A DNA stretch of 63,495 nucleotides, counting the filler. It is 4 parts of 4 records of this genome, joined end to end, with 100 filler letters (N's around TTAATTAATTAA, not from the genome) between each part and the next. Parts side by side here need not be neighbours in the genome. Positions count along the whole stretch, not along the records: positions 8,308 to 20,727 come from SRR31156797_8821; 3 more parts are not named here. One strand, written 5' to 3'. A model generated the notes under the pieces. That model did not search any database and was not told the origin of the DNA. It worked only from the letters and a program-made list of their open reading frames with translations. Below are positions 9,548 through 19,903 of this stretch, in pieces. How positions within the stretch are numbered: the stretch's first letter is position 1; every line of letters starts with the position of its first letter. The translations under genes and the position numbers were made by a program.

Positions 9548-9970
9548 TTGGCACGATTACTAGCAATTGATTACGGAAGAAAAAGGGTAGGCTTGGCAGT
9601 TACCGATCCTATGCAAATAATAGCAAATGGTTTGGATACCGTTGCAGCAAAGGATGTATTAGATTATTTGGTGAAATACGTACAATCTGAACCTGTTGAA
9701 TGTTTTGTGGTTGGTTATCCCAAGCAATTGAATAACGAGGATAGCGAATCGATGAGATATATTAAGCCATTTTTAGGAAAATTGAAGAATAAATTTCCTG
9801 ATATTCCAATAGAAATGGTTGATGAACGATTTACTTCAAAAATTGCGTTTCAAACCATGATAGATGGAGGTTTAAAGAAAAAACAACGTCAGAACAAAGC
9901 ATTGGTTGATAAAGTAAGTGCTACAATTATTTTGCAATCGTACATGGAAGCTAAGCGCAACATGTTTTAA
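9548..9970 (+). CDS. ruvX: Holliday junction resolvase RuvX / pre-16S rRNA nuclease YqgF
   Basis: LLAIDYGRKRVGLAVTD, VVGYP, VDERFTS, VDKVSATIILQSY; TTG start. Confidence 0.95.
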   Translation: MARLLAIDYGRKRVGLAVTDPMQIIANGLDTVAAKDVLDYLVKYVQSEPVECFVVGYPKQLNNEDSESMRYIKPFLGKLKNKFPDIPIEMVDERFTSKIAFQTMIDGGLKKKQRQNKALVDKVSATIILQSYMEAKRNMF

Positions 9971-9997
9971 GTTAATTTCAGCAAAAAACAACTAGAA

Positions 9998-10552
9998 ATG
10001 ATATTACCGATTACTATTTATGGTCATCCTGTTTTAAGAAAGGTTGCCAAAGATATTGATAAAGATTATCCTGAATTGGAAAAATTCAAGGAAGACATGT
10101 GGCAAACCATGTATTTTGCCGATGGAGTTGGATTGGCAGCACCGCAAGTTGGTCGTTCAATTCGTATGTTTGTTATCGATTGTTCATCTTTTGCCGAAGA
10201 AGAGCCTGAATTGGAAGGTTTTAAAAAGATGTTCATAAATGCCAAAATTACCGAAAGAACTGGCGAAGAATGGGTAATGTCGGAAGGCTGTTTAAGTATT
10301 CCGGGTTTAAATGAAGATGTTAAGCGTCCGGAATCGATTAAAATAGAATATTACGATGAAAATTGGGAATTTCATGAGGAAGAGTTTTCGGGTTATGCAG
10401 CTCGTGTGATTCAACATGAGTACGATCATTTGGAAGGAATCATGTTTACCGACCATTGTGCACCAATTAAAAAGCGCTTACTTAAAGGTAAACTTGCTGG
10501 AATCACAAAAGGAAAGTTTAAAGCAAAGTACAGGTTTAATCTGGCTAAATAA
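9998..10552 (+). CDS. def: Peptide deformylase
   Basis: GVGLAAPQVG, EGCLSIP, QHEYDHLEG motifs. Confidence 0.97.
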   Translation: MILPITIYGHPVLRKVAKDIDKDYPELEKFKEDMWQTMYFADGVGLAAPQVGRSIRMFVIDCSSFAEEEPELEGFKKMFINAKITERTGEEWVMSEGCLSIPGLNEDVKRPESIKIEYYDENWEFHEEEFSGYAARVIQHEYDHLEGIMFTDHCAPIKKRLLKGKLAGITKGKFKAKYRFNLAK

Positions 10553-10556
10553 TTTC

Positions 10557-10585
10557 AAACCCTACCAATTCGGTAGGGTTTTTTT
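10557..10585 (+). terminator. Intrinsic terminator after def
   Basis: AAACCCTACC-AATTC-GGTAGGGTTTTTTT. Confidence 0.8.
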
Positions 10586-10724
10586 ATTTATATACGGTTT
10601 TATTATATCCGTTAATAGGTTATAATGGAATATTAAAATCCAATATCATTTAAAAATAATTAAACAAATTTTAATTATTAGCGTATTAGCTGATACTCTA
10701 TAGTACTCTAATTAAAATCTAAAT

Positions 10725-11756
10725 ATGATGAAAAGATTAACTCTACTACTTATTTTACTTGTTCCATTTCTAGGAAAATCTCAGGATATAGAACAATTCT
10801 TATTGGCAGGAACAGAAGATGCATCGAAATTAACCAAAAACTACGTGAATCCGGTTGCTAAAGGATTTATGTATGGATTAAACAACGGTTGGTACTCGAC
10901 AGCCAGAACACATAAAAAATTGGGTTTTGATATCACTCTTGTTGCCAATTTAGCGCGAGTACCAGGTTCTGATGAAGTGTTCAAATTTGTGGAAAGTGAT
11001 TACTCAAATTTAAGTTTGTCTAGTGGAGCTAGTTCTGCTGAAATGCAAACTTTAATGGGAGGAAATAACAATGAAGCAATTTTAGCAAGAATTGAAACAG
11101 GTGTTGGAGAATATGATATCGCACGATTTAATATACCGGATGGAATCGGAGATGACCTGCCAATGAATGCAGTTCCATCGGCAACATTACAAGTTGGAAT
11201 TGGAATTCCTGGGATCAATTCGGATTTAAAAGTTAGATATCTACCTAAGGTTGGTGGTTCTGATTTGGAAGTTGGTATGTTTGGTGTTGGTCTACAAAAA
11301 AGTTTATCGAAAATGTTGAAAATTGATAAAACTCCAGTTGATATTTCTGCATTGATTGCTTATACACAGTTAACAGCGGAATACGACATTCAAGAAGATT
11401 CTGGTTTTAACGGATCGGGGCAAAAGATGGAGTTTACGACCAATGCCTATACATTTCAGGCAATAGCTTCGGTAAATTTAAAGCTAATTGAATTTTACGG
11501 TGCTGTTGGATTCAATACAGCGAAAATGGATGTTGATATCAAAGGAACTTATGAACTGGAATATGTAGATGAAAATACTAATATGACTGTTATGTCAGAA
11601 ACTTTAATTGATCCAGTTTCTGTTGATTTTGATGCCAGTGGAGTTAGAGCAACAATTGGTACAAGATTAAACCTAGGATTCTTTAAAATCTTTGGAGATT
11701 ATACAATACAAGAATACAATACAATTACAGGAGGTATTGCCTTCAGTTTTAGGTAA
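10725..11756 (+). CDS. Exported outer-membrane beta-barrel-like protein (DUF6588-like)
   Basis: Signal peptide ending KS-Q, GLNNGWY...GFDIT motif, amphipathic beta strands, C-terminal FSFR. Confidence 0.7.
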   Translation: MMKRLTLLLILLVPFLGKSQDIEQFLLAGTEDASKLTKNYVNPVAKGFMYGLNNGWYSTARTHKKLGFDITLVANLARVPGSDEVFKFVESDYSNLSLSSGASSAEMQTLMGGNNNEAILARIETGVGEYDIARFNIPDGIGDDLPMNAVPSATLQVGIGIPGINSDLKVRYLPKVGGSDLEVGMFGVGLQKSLSKMLKIDKTPVDISALIAYTQLTAEYDIQEDSGFNGSGQKMEFTTNAYTFQAIASVNLKLIEFYGAVGFNTAKMDVDIKGTYELEYVDENTNMTVMSETLIDPVSVDFDASGVRATIGTRLNLGFFKIFGDYTIQEYNTITGGIAFSFR

Positions 11757-11778
11757 TATATCTGTACAATAGTTAGTC

Positions 11779-11805
11779 AAGCCCTTACTTTTAAGTAAGG
11801 GCTTT
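11779..11805 (+). terminator. Intrinsic terminator
   Basis: AAGCCCTTACTT-TT-AAGTAAGGGCTTT. Confidence 0.75.
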
Positions 11806-11855
11806 GTTTTTTAATAGAGAATTGTTAAATTAAATGAACTATAATTGTATTCGAG

Positions 11856-13931
11856 ATGTCGTTTCGGGAACTCATTCGCCAGCATCCTTTCTTACGTATA
11901 TTACTGCCTGTAATAATTGGGATTAGTCTCACACATTCATTTAATATACCGGTATTTATTTGGCAACTGTGCATGCCGATTGGATTTTTGGCTATTCTTA
12001 TAGTAATTTTGATTCCGGGATTAAGAAAATCATATTCGTACGGGGTACTTTTTGGTTTCTTCTTATCCATATTATTCATAGGATTATCAGCATTTCGTAT
12101 TAATGCTATCGAGAATGAAATGCATCTTCACCCTTGTGATTCGTGTCAGTATTATCGAGTAGAACTAATTGATACTCCTTCAGAAAAGACGAAATCTGTT
12201 GCCTGTGTTGTTAAGATTAAAGAAGCAATATGCATCAATATTATCTATCAAGAAACAGCAAAAGGTATTTTATATTTGCAAAAAGATTCAAACGCTTTTG
12301 GTCTAAAGCCGGGAGATCAATTGCTTATTAATACCAAATTGACTAGAGTGAAAAATGCGGGTAATCCTTACGAGTTCGATTATGCTGGATATTTGAAAAC
12401 GCAGCATATTTTGTATTCGTCTTATCTGGATTCGAATTCATGGTTATTAATCGATGATACTACTTCGAAAAGCCTAAGATTACTTGCATTAAAATGGCGA
12501 AGCAATTTGCTTGCTATTTATCGGGATAAGGGAATTACAAATGAGAGTTATGATATTCTGGCAGCTTTAACATTAGGTTCTAAGACAAATCTTGATCCAG
12601 AATTAAAGCGAGCTTGGGCAGATGCTGGGGCAATGCATGTACTTGCAGTTTCAGGATTACATGTCGGAATTATCTATTTAGTTATGAATTTTCTTCTTGG
12701 ATTCATTTCAAAAATGAGGAGAGGAAACTGGCTTAAAGGATTTCTATTACTGGTAAGTTTATGGATGTATGCATTGTTAACGGGAATGTCTCCATCTGTA
12801 ATGAGAGCAGCCTGTATGTTTAGTTTTATAATTGTTGGCGGAATTTTAAATCGTAAAGGAGGAATTTTTAATTCTTTAGCTGCATCAGCCTGTTTTTTAT
12901 TATTATTTGATCCGTACCTTTTATTTACGGTTGGCTTTCAGTTTTCGTACTTGGCAGTTGCAGGAATTGTGTTTTTTCAACCTAGATTGGATAAGATGAT
13001 TTATATTGACAATATCATTTTACGAAAGCTTTGGCAACTAACAACTGTCGCAATATCTGCACAAATTGCGACTTTTCCATTGGCTATATATTATTTTAAT
13101 CAATTTCCTACTTATTTTTTACTCTCGGGATATGTGGTAATATTAATGGCAGGCTTATTAATTTATTTGTCGGCACTCTTATTAATTTTTGCAAATGTTG
13201 AATGGATTTCAAAACCATTAGCCTGGATTCTTCAGCATCTGGTGGAAGGCGTGAATTGGTTGATTGTTAAGATTCAGGAATTGCCAGGTGCTGTTATTCG
13301 GGATTGTACATTCTCCGGCTATCAGGTTGCACTATTTTATTTGTTATTATTTAGTTTGATTTTTATTCTTTTTCTAAAAAGGAAAAAAGCAGTTTTTACT
13401 TTGTTAATGGTTTTAGTATTATTTCAGTTGCCTGGATTAATTTCGAAATTTAAAGGTGTAGAAACAGAGCTTGTTATTTTTAATGCAGGAAGAAATAGTT
13501 TAGTTGGATTTTGTGATAATAATAGAGCAATTCTGTTATTGGATGAGAAACTTGATGAACAAAAAAGAGAACGATTGACAAAGCCTTATTTTTTACAAAA
13601 AGAAATTACAAATCTTGAAATTGATACCATTCAAGATATTGATTGTAGAGTAATTGGAGGGAAAAATGTTGTGTTTATTGGTAGGAAAATAGGAAATGTT
13701 ACTGCAGTTTTAGATAGTTTGAATGCCGATATAGTTGTCTGTAGAAAAGGCGCATTGAAATCAAAGGATATCTTAACAAAACAAATTGGAGAAAGATTGA
13801 CTGTTTTTGATGCATCAGTTTATAAAAGTGACTTGGATAAATTGGAAAATATTAACACGAACGAAATAGATAATGTGCACAATGTAAGGGAATCAGGAGC
13901 ATTAATTTACATTTTATCTACAGAGAAATAA
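11856..13931 (+). CDS. comEC: ComEC/Rec2 competence protein
   Basis: NPYEFDYAGYL (DUF4131), GAMHVLAVSGLHVG, SPSVMRA, GFQFSYLAV; C-terminal MBL-like region lacks metal motifs. Confidence 0.92.
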   Translation: MSFRELIRQHPFLRILLPVIIGISLTHSFNIPVFIWQLCMPIGFLAILIVILIPGLRKSYSYGVLFGFFLSILFIGLSAFRINAIENEMHLHPCDSCQYYRVELIDTPSEKTKSVACVVKIKEAICINIIYQETAKGILYLQKDSNAFGLKPGDQLLINTKLTRVKNAGNPYEFDYAGYLKTQHILYSSYLDSNSWLLIDDTTSKSLRLLALKWRSNLLAIYRDKGITNESYDILAALTLGSKTNLDPELKRAWADAGAMHVLAVSGLHVGIIYLVMNFLLGFISKMRRGNWLKGFLLLVSLWMYALLTGMSPSVMRAACMFSFIIVGGILNRKGGIFNSLAASACFLLLFDPYLLFTVGFQFSYLAVAGIVFFQPRLDKMIYIDNIILRKLWQLTTVAISAQIATFPLAIYYFNQFPTYFLLSGYVVILMAGLLIYLSALLLIFANVEWISKPLAWILQHLVEGVNWLIVKIQELPGAVIRDCTFSGYQVALFYLLLFSLIFILFLKRKKAVFTLLMVLVLFQLPGLISKFKGVETELVIFNAGRNSLVGFCDNNRAILLLDEKLDEQKRERLTKPYFLQKEITNLEIDTIQDIDCRVIGGKNVVFIGRKIGNVTAVLDSLNADIVVCRKGALKSKDILTKQIGERLTVFDASVYKSDLDKLENINTNEIDNVHNVRESGALIYILSTEK

Positions 13932-14102
13932 GGTTAACCAATAAAAGATAATCATTCAAATAATGCCTTTGCATTCTAAATCTGTTTTGGTAATTTAGAG
14001 AGCTTGGCATTTAATATTTTTTAACAAATTGCTATCTAATTTGCTCGATAATGTGTTAATTTGCCGACGAATTTTTCCAATTAATGTTAACGGAATAAAG
14101 TT

Positions 14103-15443
14103 ATGAAGATTGTTATTGCCGGAGCGGGAGCTGTAGGAACTCATTTGGCGAAGATGTTGAGTCATCAGGATCATGATATTATTTTACTCGATAATGATGA
14201 AGAGAAGTTGAAACAGATCGATTCCCATCTGGATTTATTAACCATAGTTGGTTCGAGTGCTTCTTTAAAAGACTTGAGAGAAGCTAGTGTAAAGAAAGCT
14301 GATCTATTTATTGCCGTTACCCAATCTGAAACGACAAATATTACTTCAACCATTCTTGCAAAGAAACTTGGTGCGGTTAAAACCATTGCAAGAATCGATA
14401 ATCAAGAATATTTAATTCCTGAGAATAAAGAATATCTTCAGAGTTTAGGAATTGATGAGTTAATTTACCCAGAGAAATTAGCTGCCAAAGAGGTGATCAG
14501 TTACCTTTCTAGGTCAGGAACCAGACAGATGTATGAATTCTCTGGAGGTAAATTACTGTTGTATGGTATAAAAATTAGCAGCAAATCAATTTTAATGGAT
14601 AAAACCATGGCAGAAGTTGCAGAAATGACTGCCGATGTTGATTTTAGAGCTGTTGCCATTAAGCGAGCAGACACTACCATTATTCCACGGGGTCATAATC
14701 GTTTCTCAAGAGGAGATTTAGTTTTTGTAATTAGTAAACCAGAAAGTATTGAAAAAGTAATGCTTTTGGCAGGTAAGCAAAAATATGAAATTAAAAATGC
14801 CATGATTTTGGGCGGAAGTCGAATTGGACAAAAAACCGCAATGGAATTGGGTAAAAAAATGAACCTTAAACTACTTGAGATTGATAAGGAGAAGAGTCTG
14901 AAGTTGGCTGACCGTCTTCAGGACACTCTTGTAATAAATGGTGATGGTAGAGACAAGGAGTTACTAAAAGAAGAAGGAATTCATAAAATGGATGCTTTTG
15001 TTGCGGTAACCGGAAATTCTGAAACAAATATTTTGGCTTGCCTTTTAGCAAAGAAAATGGGTGTTAAGCGTACAATTGCCGAGGTTGAAAATATCGATTA
15101 TATCGATTTGGCTGATAATATTGGCGTAGGAACCATGATTAATAAAAAGCTATTGGCAGCAAGTTATATTTATCGTTTCACCATGGATGCTGATGTTCAA
15201 CACTGTAAATGGTTGACAGTTTCAGAAGCTGAGGTAATGGAATTATCAGTGAAAGAAGGTTCAAAAATTACAAAAGGTAGATTGAGTGAAATTGATTTTC
15301 CTGATGATGCTAATGTTGGTGGTGTCATTCGCGGCGATGAATCGATAATTGCTACAGGTGATGTTCAAATTCAAGTGAATGATAAAGTGGTTGTTTTTAC
15401 TTTACCTTCTGCAATTAAAAAAGTCGAAAAGTTTTTTAAATAG
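14103..15443 (+). CDS. trkA: Trk potassium transporter NAD-binding subunit TrkA
   Basis: Two RCK domains (IAGAGAVG, ILGGSRIG), AVTQSETTN, GDGRD. Confidence 0.96.
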   Translation: MKIVIAGAGAVGTHLAKMLSHQDHDIILLDNDEEKLKQIDSHLDLLTIVGSSASLKDLREASVKKADLFIAVTQSETTNITSTILAKKLGAVKTIARIDNQEYLIPENKEYLQSLGIDELIYPEKLAAKEVISYLSRSGTRQMYEFSGGKLLLYGIKISSKSILMDKTMAEVAEMTADVDFRAVAIKRADTTIIPRGHNRFSRGDLVFVISKPESIEKVMLLAGKQKYEIKNAMILGGSRIGQKTAMELGKKMNLKLLEIDKEKSLKLADRLQDTLVINGDGRDKELLKEEGIHKMDAFVAVTGNSETNILACLLAKKMGVKRTIAEVENIDYIDLADNIGVGTMINKKLLAASYIYRFTMDADVQHCKWLTVSEAEVMELSVKEGSKITKGRLSEIDFPDDANVGGVIRGDESIIATGDVQIQVNDKVVVFTLPSAIKKVEKFFK

Positions 15444-15451
15444 ACTTCCCA

Positions 15452-15476
15452 AAGCCAAATTCGTTGAATTTGGCTT
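15452..15476. terminator. Intergenic hairpin between trkA and trkH (weak terminator or stabiliser)
   Basis: AAGCCAAATTC-GTT-GAATTTGGCTT perfect stem. Confidence 0.55.
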
Positions 15477-15533
15477 CTTATTTTCTGTTAATTTTTAATT
15501 GAATTGACATAGTAGAAATAAAACCTGGTTGTA

Positions 15534-16982
15534 ATGCTTAACTGGAAATTTGTTTTTTACGTGATGTCGATAATAATGGTCGTGGAAAGTTTTTTCCTGA
15601 TGATTAGCTCGGCAGTTGCATTGTTTTATGGAGATGGTGATTTTTACACATTTGTACAATCGGCATCTATTAGTTTGATTATTGGTACAATTATTTACTT
15701 TTCTACTTACCAATGTAAAAAGGATATTGGTAAGCGTGAAGCTTTTATCATAGTAAGTTTTGTTTGGGTTATATTTTCAATTTTTGGTGCAATGCCATTT
15801 CTTCTAGGTGGTTATGTAGATGGATTTACAAATGCTTTTTTTGAGACAATTTCTGGATTTACTACCACTGGAGCCTCTGTTGTATCTAATATTGAGGCGT
15901 TCCCACATGGGATTTTGTTTTGGCGATCTTTAACACATCTATTGGGAGGAATGGGAATTTTGGTGTTGACAATTGCTATTTTACCAATTTTTGGATTTGG
16001 GGGGATGGCAATGTTTAATGCAGAAGCTGCCGGAATTACTCCTGAGAAATTGCATCCAAGAATTAAAGAAACAGCTCAACGTTTATGGGGAATATACATG
16101 TTATTAATAGCATTGGAAACTATATTTCTAACATTGGGAGGAATGGAGAGTTTCGATGCTATTTGCCATTCATTTGGAACTTTAGCATCAGGTGGATTTT
16201 CAACGCAAAATGAAAGTATTGTTAATTATTCACCTTACATTCAATATGTACTTATTGTTTTCATGTTTTTAGCAGGAACCAATTTTACTTTACATTATTT
16301 TGCCATTAAAGGAAATGTTAAAAAAATAGTTCAGAACCAAGAATTTAAAGTCTATGTCGCATTGATTCTATTGGTGACCTCCATAATTACAATGACTTTG
16401 GTATATTTAGATCATGGATCATTTGAGAAATCATTTAGAGATGCTCTTTTTCAAGTAACTTCAGTTATCACTAGTACAGGTTTTGTGAGTGCTGATTATA
16501 CATTATGGCATCCGTACCTTCTATTTCTTATTTTTGGATTAATGTTTATAGGAGCATGCGTTGGTAGCACTTCTGGAGGGGTGAAAATTCTTCGTCATTT
16601 GTTACTTTTTAAAAATAGCCTATTAGAATTTAAACGCTTAATACATCCTTCGGCAGTATTACCCGTTCGATACAATAACGATATGGTTGGACAAGATATT
16701 ATTTCGAAAATTCTCGCCTTTGTTATCTTGTATTTTATGGTGTTTTTTATTGGATGTTTTGCAATGACACTAGTCGGTTTAGATTTCATCTCAGCTTTGG
16801 GTGCAGTTGCTACTACAATGGGAGGAATAGGTCCAGGCTTGGGAACGGTTGGTCCAATGAATAATTTTGCGCAAGTTCCAGATGCCGGCAAATGGATATT
16901 ATCATTCCTAATGTTATTGGGGCGATTAGAGTTATTCACCTTTTTAATTATTTTTGTTCCATCTTTTTGGAAGAATCAATAA
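15534..16982 (+). CDS. trkH: TrkH potassium uptake permease (copy 1)
   Basis: FFETISGFTTTGA, LFWRS..H.LGGMG, GSTSGGVK, LMLLGRLELF. Confidence 0.95.
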   Translation: MLNWKFVFYVMSIIMVVESFFLMISSAVALFYGDGDFYTFVQSASISLIIGTIIYFSTYQCKKDIGKREAFIIVSFVWVIFSIFGAMPFLLGGYVDGFTNAFFETISGFTTTGASVVSNIEAFPHGILFWRSLTHLLGGMGILVLTIAILPIFGFGGMAMFNAEAAGITPEKLHPRIKETAQRLWGIYMLLIALETIFLTLGGMESFDAICHSFGTLASGGFSTQNESIVNYSPYIQYVLIVFMFLAGTNFTLHYFAIKGNVKKIVQNQEFKVYVALILLVTSIITMTLVYLDHGSFEKSFRDALFQVTSVITSTGFVSADYTLWHPYLLFLIFGLMFIGACVGSTSGGVKILRHLLLFKNSLLEFKRLIHPSAVLPVRYNNDMVGQDIISKILAFVILYFMVFFIGCFAMTLVGLDFISALGAVATTMGGIGPGLGTVGPMNNFAQVPDAGKWILSFLMLLGRLELFTFLIIFVPSFWKNQ

Positions 16983-17010
16983 CTTAATTTTTTTTCAGTC
17001 CTTAGAATGA

Positions 17011-17018
17011 TATCTTTG
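17011..17018 (+). promoter_or_regulatory. Bacteroidota -7 element upstream of second trkH
   Basis: TATCTTTG 24 nt before the GTG start. Confidence 0.5.
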
Positions 17019-17041
17019 GATAAAATCTCAAGCCGATAAAA

Positions 17042-18490
17042 GTGGTCAAGTTTAAAATTATTCTGAATATTTTAGGGAAGCTTCTAGTTGGAGAAAGCTT
17101 CTTCTTATTTCTATCCTTAATTGTTTCCTTAATTTATGGTGAGTCTGATTCCTTAGCTTTTTTAAAAGCTGGTTTAATTACTCTAGTTGTAGGTTCTTTA
17201 AGTTATCTTACATCGAAAGGTGTAAAGAAGGATCTTGGGAAAAGAGAGGGATATATAATTGTTAGTTTAGTATGGGTTGTATTTTCGATATTCGGATGTT
17301 TACCGTATTTGTTTAGTGGTGCTATACCTAACGTAACAAATGCATTTTTCGAAACTATGTCAGGATTTACCACTACCGGATCGTCTATTTTAAGCAATAT
17401 TGAGGAATTGCCACATGGTATTCTTTTTTGGCGTTCACTTACCCAATGGATGGGTGGTATGGGGATAATTGTGATGTTCCTTGCAATATTACCAACATTA
17501 GGAATTGGAGGGCGAGAATTATTTGTAGCCGAAGTTCCTGGACCTGCTCCTGATAAATTAACGCCAAGAATTAAAGAGACTGCACGTAACCTTTGGGGAT
17601 TATACATGTTGTTTACACTGATTCAAACCGTAATGTTATTTGCGGGAGGAATGACATTTTTCGACGCTATTAATCACTCATTAACAACAATGGCAACAGG
17701 TGGATATTCTACAAAACAAGCAAGTGTAGGCTTTTTCACGTCTCCTTATCTTCAGTATGTTATAATTTTCTTCATGTTTGTTGCAGGAACAAACTTTACA
17801 TTGTCCTACGCTGTTATTACAGGAAAGGCAACAAAAATTTTTAAAGATGAGGAGTTTAGGTTTTATACAATTGTTGTATTGTTTTTTAGTTTGGTAATAG
17901 CTGTTGGTTTATTTGCTGCAGGTAATATAAGTGGAGAGCAAGCGTTTCGAGATAGTTTATTTACGGTTGTCTCAATTATAACAACAACTGGTTACGCAAC
18001 GGCTGATTACCTTTTATGGACTCCGTTTTTGGGAATGCTGATTTTTGTATTGTTTTTTGTAGGTGGCTCTGCAGGATCAACTGGCGGAGGAGTAAAGGTT
18101 GTTCGAATTTTGCTTTTATTTAAGAATAGTTTTTATGAATTAAAACGTTTGGTACATCCTAATGCTGTAATTCCAATTCGTTATAATAAACATGTGGTTG
18201 ATCAGAAGACTGTAACCAATATTTTGGCTTTTTTTGTTTTTTACGTCATCATTTTCATGATATCATCAATTCTAATGTCACTTTGGACTCCTGATATTTA
18301 TTCAGCTTTTAGTGCTGTAGCTACCACGCTTGGTAATATTGGACCGGGTTTTGGTGAAGTTGGTCCGATGGAGAATTTTTATAAATTACCAAACTTGGCA
18401 AAATGGTTTCTCGCCTTTTTGATGATGTTAGGAAGATTGGAGTTGTTCACGGTTTTGGTATTGTTTTCACCTAGTTTCTGGAAACATTAA
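17042..18490 (+). CDS. trkH: TrkH potassium uptake permease (copy 2)
   Basis: FFETMSGFTTTGS, WMGGMG, ATGGYS, TTTGY, GSTGGGVK, LGNIGPG, GRLELF. Confidence 0.95.
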   Translation: MVKFKIILNILGKLLVGESFFLFLSLIVSLIYGESDSLAFLKAGLITLVVGSLSYLTSKGVKKDLGKREGYIIVSLVWVVFSIFGCLPYLFSGAIPNVTNAFFETMSGFTTTGSSILSNIEELPHGILFWRSLTQWMGGMGIIVMFLAILPTLGIGGRELFVAEVPGPAPDKLTPRIKETARNLWGLYMLFTLIQTVMLFAGGMTFFDAINHSLTTMATGGYSTKQASVGFFTSPYLQYVIIFFMFVAGTNFTLSYAVITGKATKIFKDEEFRFYTIVVLFFSLVIAVGLFAAGNISGEQAFRDSLFTVVSIITTTGYATADYLLWTPFLGMLIFVLFFVGGSAGSTGGGVKVVRILLLFKNSFYELKRLVHPNAVIPIRYNKHVVDQKTVTNILAFFVFYVIIFMISSILMSLWTPDIYSAFSAVATTLGNIGPGFGEVGPMENFYKLPNLAKWFLAFLMMLGRLELFTVLVLFSPSFWKH

Positions 18491-18516
18491 AATGTAAATA
18501 ATTTATATCAGTATTA

Positions 18517-18544
18517 GAGAGAACTTTATAGTTCTCTTTTTTTT
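18517..18544 (+). terminator. Intrinsic terminator after trkH2
   Basis: GAGAGAACT-TTAT-AGTTCTCTTTTTTTT. Confidence 0.7.
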
Positions 18545-18766
18545 GGATATATTTCTATGATCTTAAGTGTTTTTATTTAAAAATAATTCTTTAGATTAAA
18601 ATTGTGAAACTCTCTATTATTCAGATTCCTCACGAAAACTAATTTTTCATTTAGTCAGTAAAATGAAAACTTTTATCAGGAAAATATAACATTTTATAAT
18701 GTTTACCGTAAATAGATTTATTAATATTACAGTCTATTACATTTTGAACAACCTTTAATTAAACTC

Positions 18767-19042
18767 ATGAAGAACATTGAAAAGTACAATCATTTAATTG
18801 AAAAAGAAATCGCGAAATATAAAAAAGAATCAGATAAAGTATTGGCAAAATTTGAAAAAAGCTTTAGCAAAGGTAAAGTAGTTGCAACTCATCACTTCGA
18901 AAATGTTGCATCAGAACTAATCCGTTTGGTAAAATCTGATTTAGAGAATGCAGGATATCATCCAGAATTTATTGGAAACCGACCTGGAGGACACATTCTT
19001 TTACGTGTAAGTTTATTAAAATCATCAGGAAAAGTAGCATAA
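18767..19042 (+). CDS. Small hypothetical protein
   Basis: 91-aa ORF preceded by A/T-rich leader and followed by a terminator; no family recognised. Confidence 0.6.
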   Translation: MKNIEKYNHLIEKEIAKYKKESDKVLAKFEKSFSKGKVVATHHFENVASELIRLVKSDLENAGYHPEFIGNRPGGHILLRVSLLKSSGKVA

Positions 19043-19060
19043 TAATTTCATAGATTTGTT

Positions 19061-19100
19061 AAAAAAATGCCGGTAAGAATTTTCTTATCGGCATTTTTTT
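19061..19100. terminator. Bidirectional terminator
   Basis: AAAAAAATGCCGGTAAGAA...TTCTTATCGGCATTTTTTT between convergent genes. Confidence 0.8.
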
Positions 19101-19115
19101 ATACAAATATTTTGT

Positions 19116-19727
19116 TTAATATGTAAGTTCTCCAATTCCTGGCCTGATAATTTCAAACTCACCATTTGTGCAATCAATCACTGTTGATGCTGTATTGTTT
19201 CCATATCCACCATCTATTATCAAATCCACATCCTTATTGTATTTTTCATGTATCAGTTCCGGATCGGTAGTGTATTCAATAACTTCGTCGGGATCATGAA
19301 TTGATGTTGTCATTATAGGGTTTCCTAACTCTTCAACAATTCCAATAGGAATGTAATGATCGGGGACTCTTATGCCAACGGTTTTCTTTTTACTTTTAAA
19401 CAGCTTGGGAACATTGTTACTCGCTTGTAGAATAAAAGTAAATGCACCGGGTAGGTTTTTCTTCATTATTTTAAACGATGCATTATCAACCTTTGCATAT
19501 TCAGAAAGATTGCTTAAGCTGTTACAAATAATCGAAAAGTTTCCTTTATCAGCAGATATACCTTTTAAACGAGCTATTTTTTGGATGGCTTTGTTATTGG
19601 TTATATCACATCCGATTGCATAAACCGTATCTGTGGGATATATAACAACGCCTCCATCTCTTAATACATCTGCGATTCGCTGAAATTCCCTATGATTAGG
19701 GTTATCAGGATACAATTTTATAAGCAT
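19116..19727 (-). CDS. Sua5/YciO/YrdC family protein (YciO-type)
   Basis: YPDNP N-terminus, GGVVIYPTDTVYAIGCD, LPGAFTFIL, TVGIRVPD, STVID; lacks TsaC KxR and SxN motifs. Confidence 0.9.
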   Translation of the reverse strand: MLIKLYPDNPNHREFQRIADVLRDGGVVIYPTDTVYAIGCDITNNKAIQKIARLKGISADKGNFSIICNSLSNLSEYAKVDNASFKIMKKNLPGAFTFILQASNNVPKLFKSKKKTVGIRVPDHYIPIGIVEELGNPIMTTSIHDPDEVIEYTTDPELIHEKYNKDVDLIIDGGYGNNTASTVIDCTNGEFEIIRPGIGELTY

Positions 19728-19851
19728 TACTGTAGTGGTTAGGGGTTATTTCGGGAAATAAAGATAAAAGTTTCGAGCGTAAGGTTAACTTGTTCTGTCT
19801 TATTTATTTTCAATCCACAACATATTATTAATTTCTGTATAGTATTGCAAT

Positions 19852-19881
19852 AAAAAAAAGGAATGTCGAAACATCCCTTTT
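19852..19881 (-). terminator. Intrinsic terminator after transaldolase gene
   Basis: A-run then GGGAATGT-CGAA-ACATCCC hairpin (U-tract on minus strand). Confidence 0.65.
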
Positions 19882-19903
19882 TAAATTTTTTTTCCGAGTA
19901 GTT

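Noticed and set aside
13400..13931. ComEC C-terminus lacking metallo-beta-lactamase motifs as a possible pseudogene
   Set aside because: The ORF is intact, and degenerate or absent MBL domains are common in ComEC proteins
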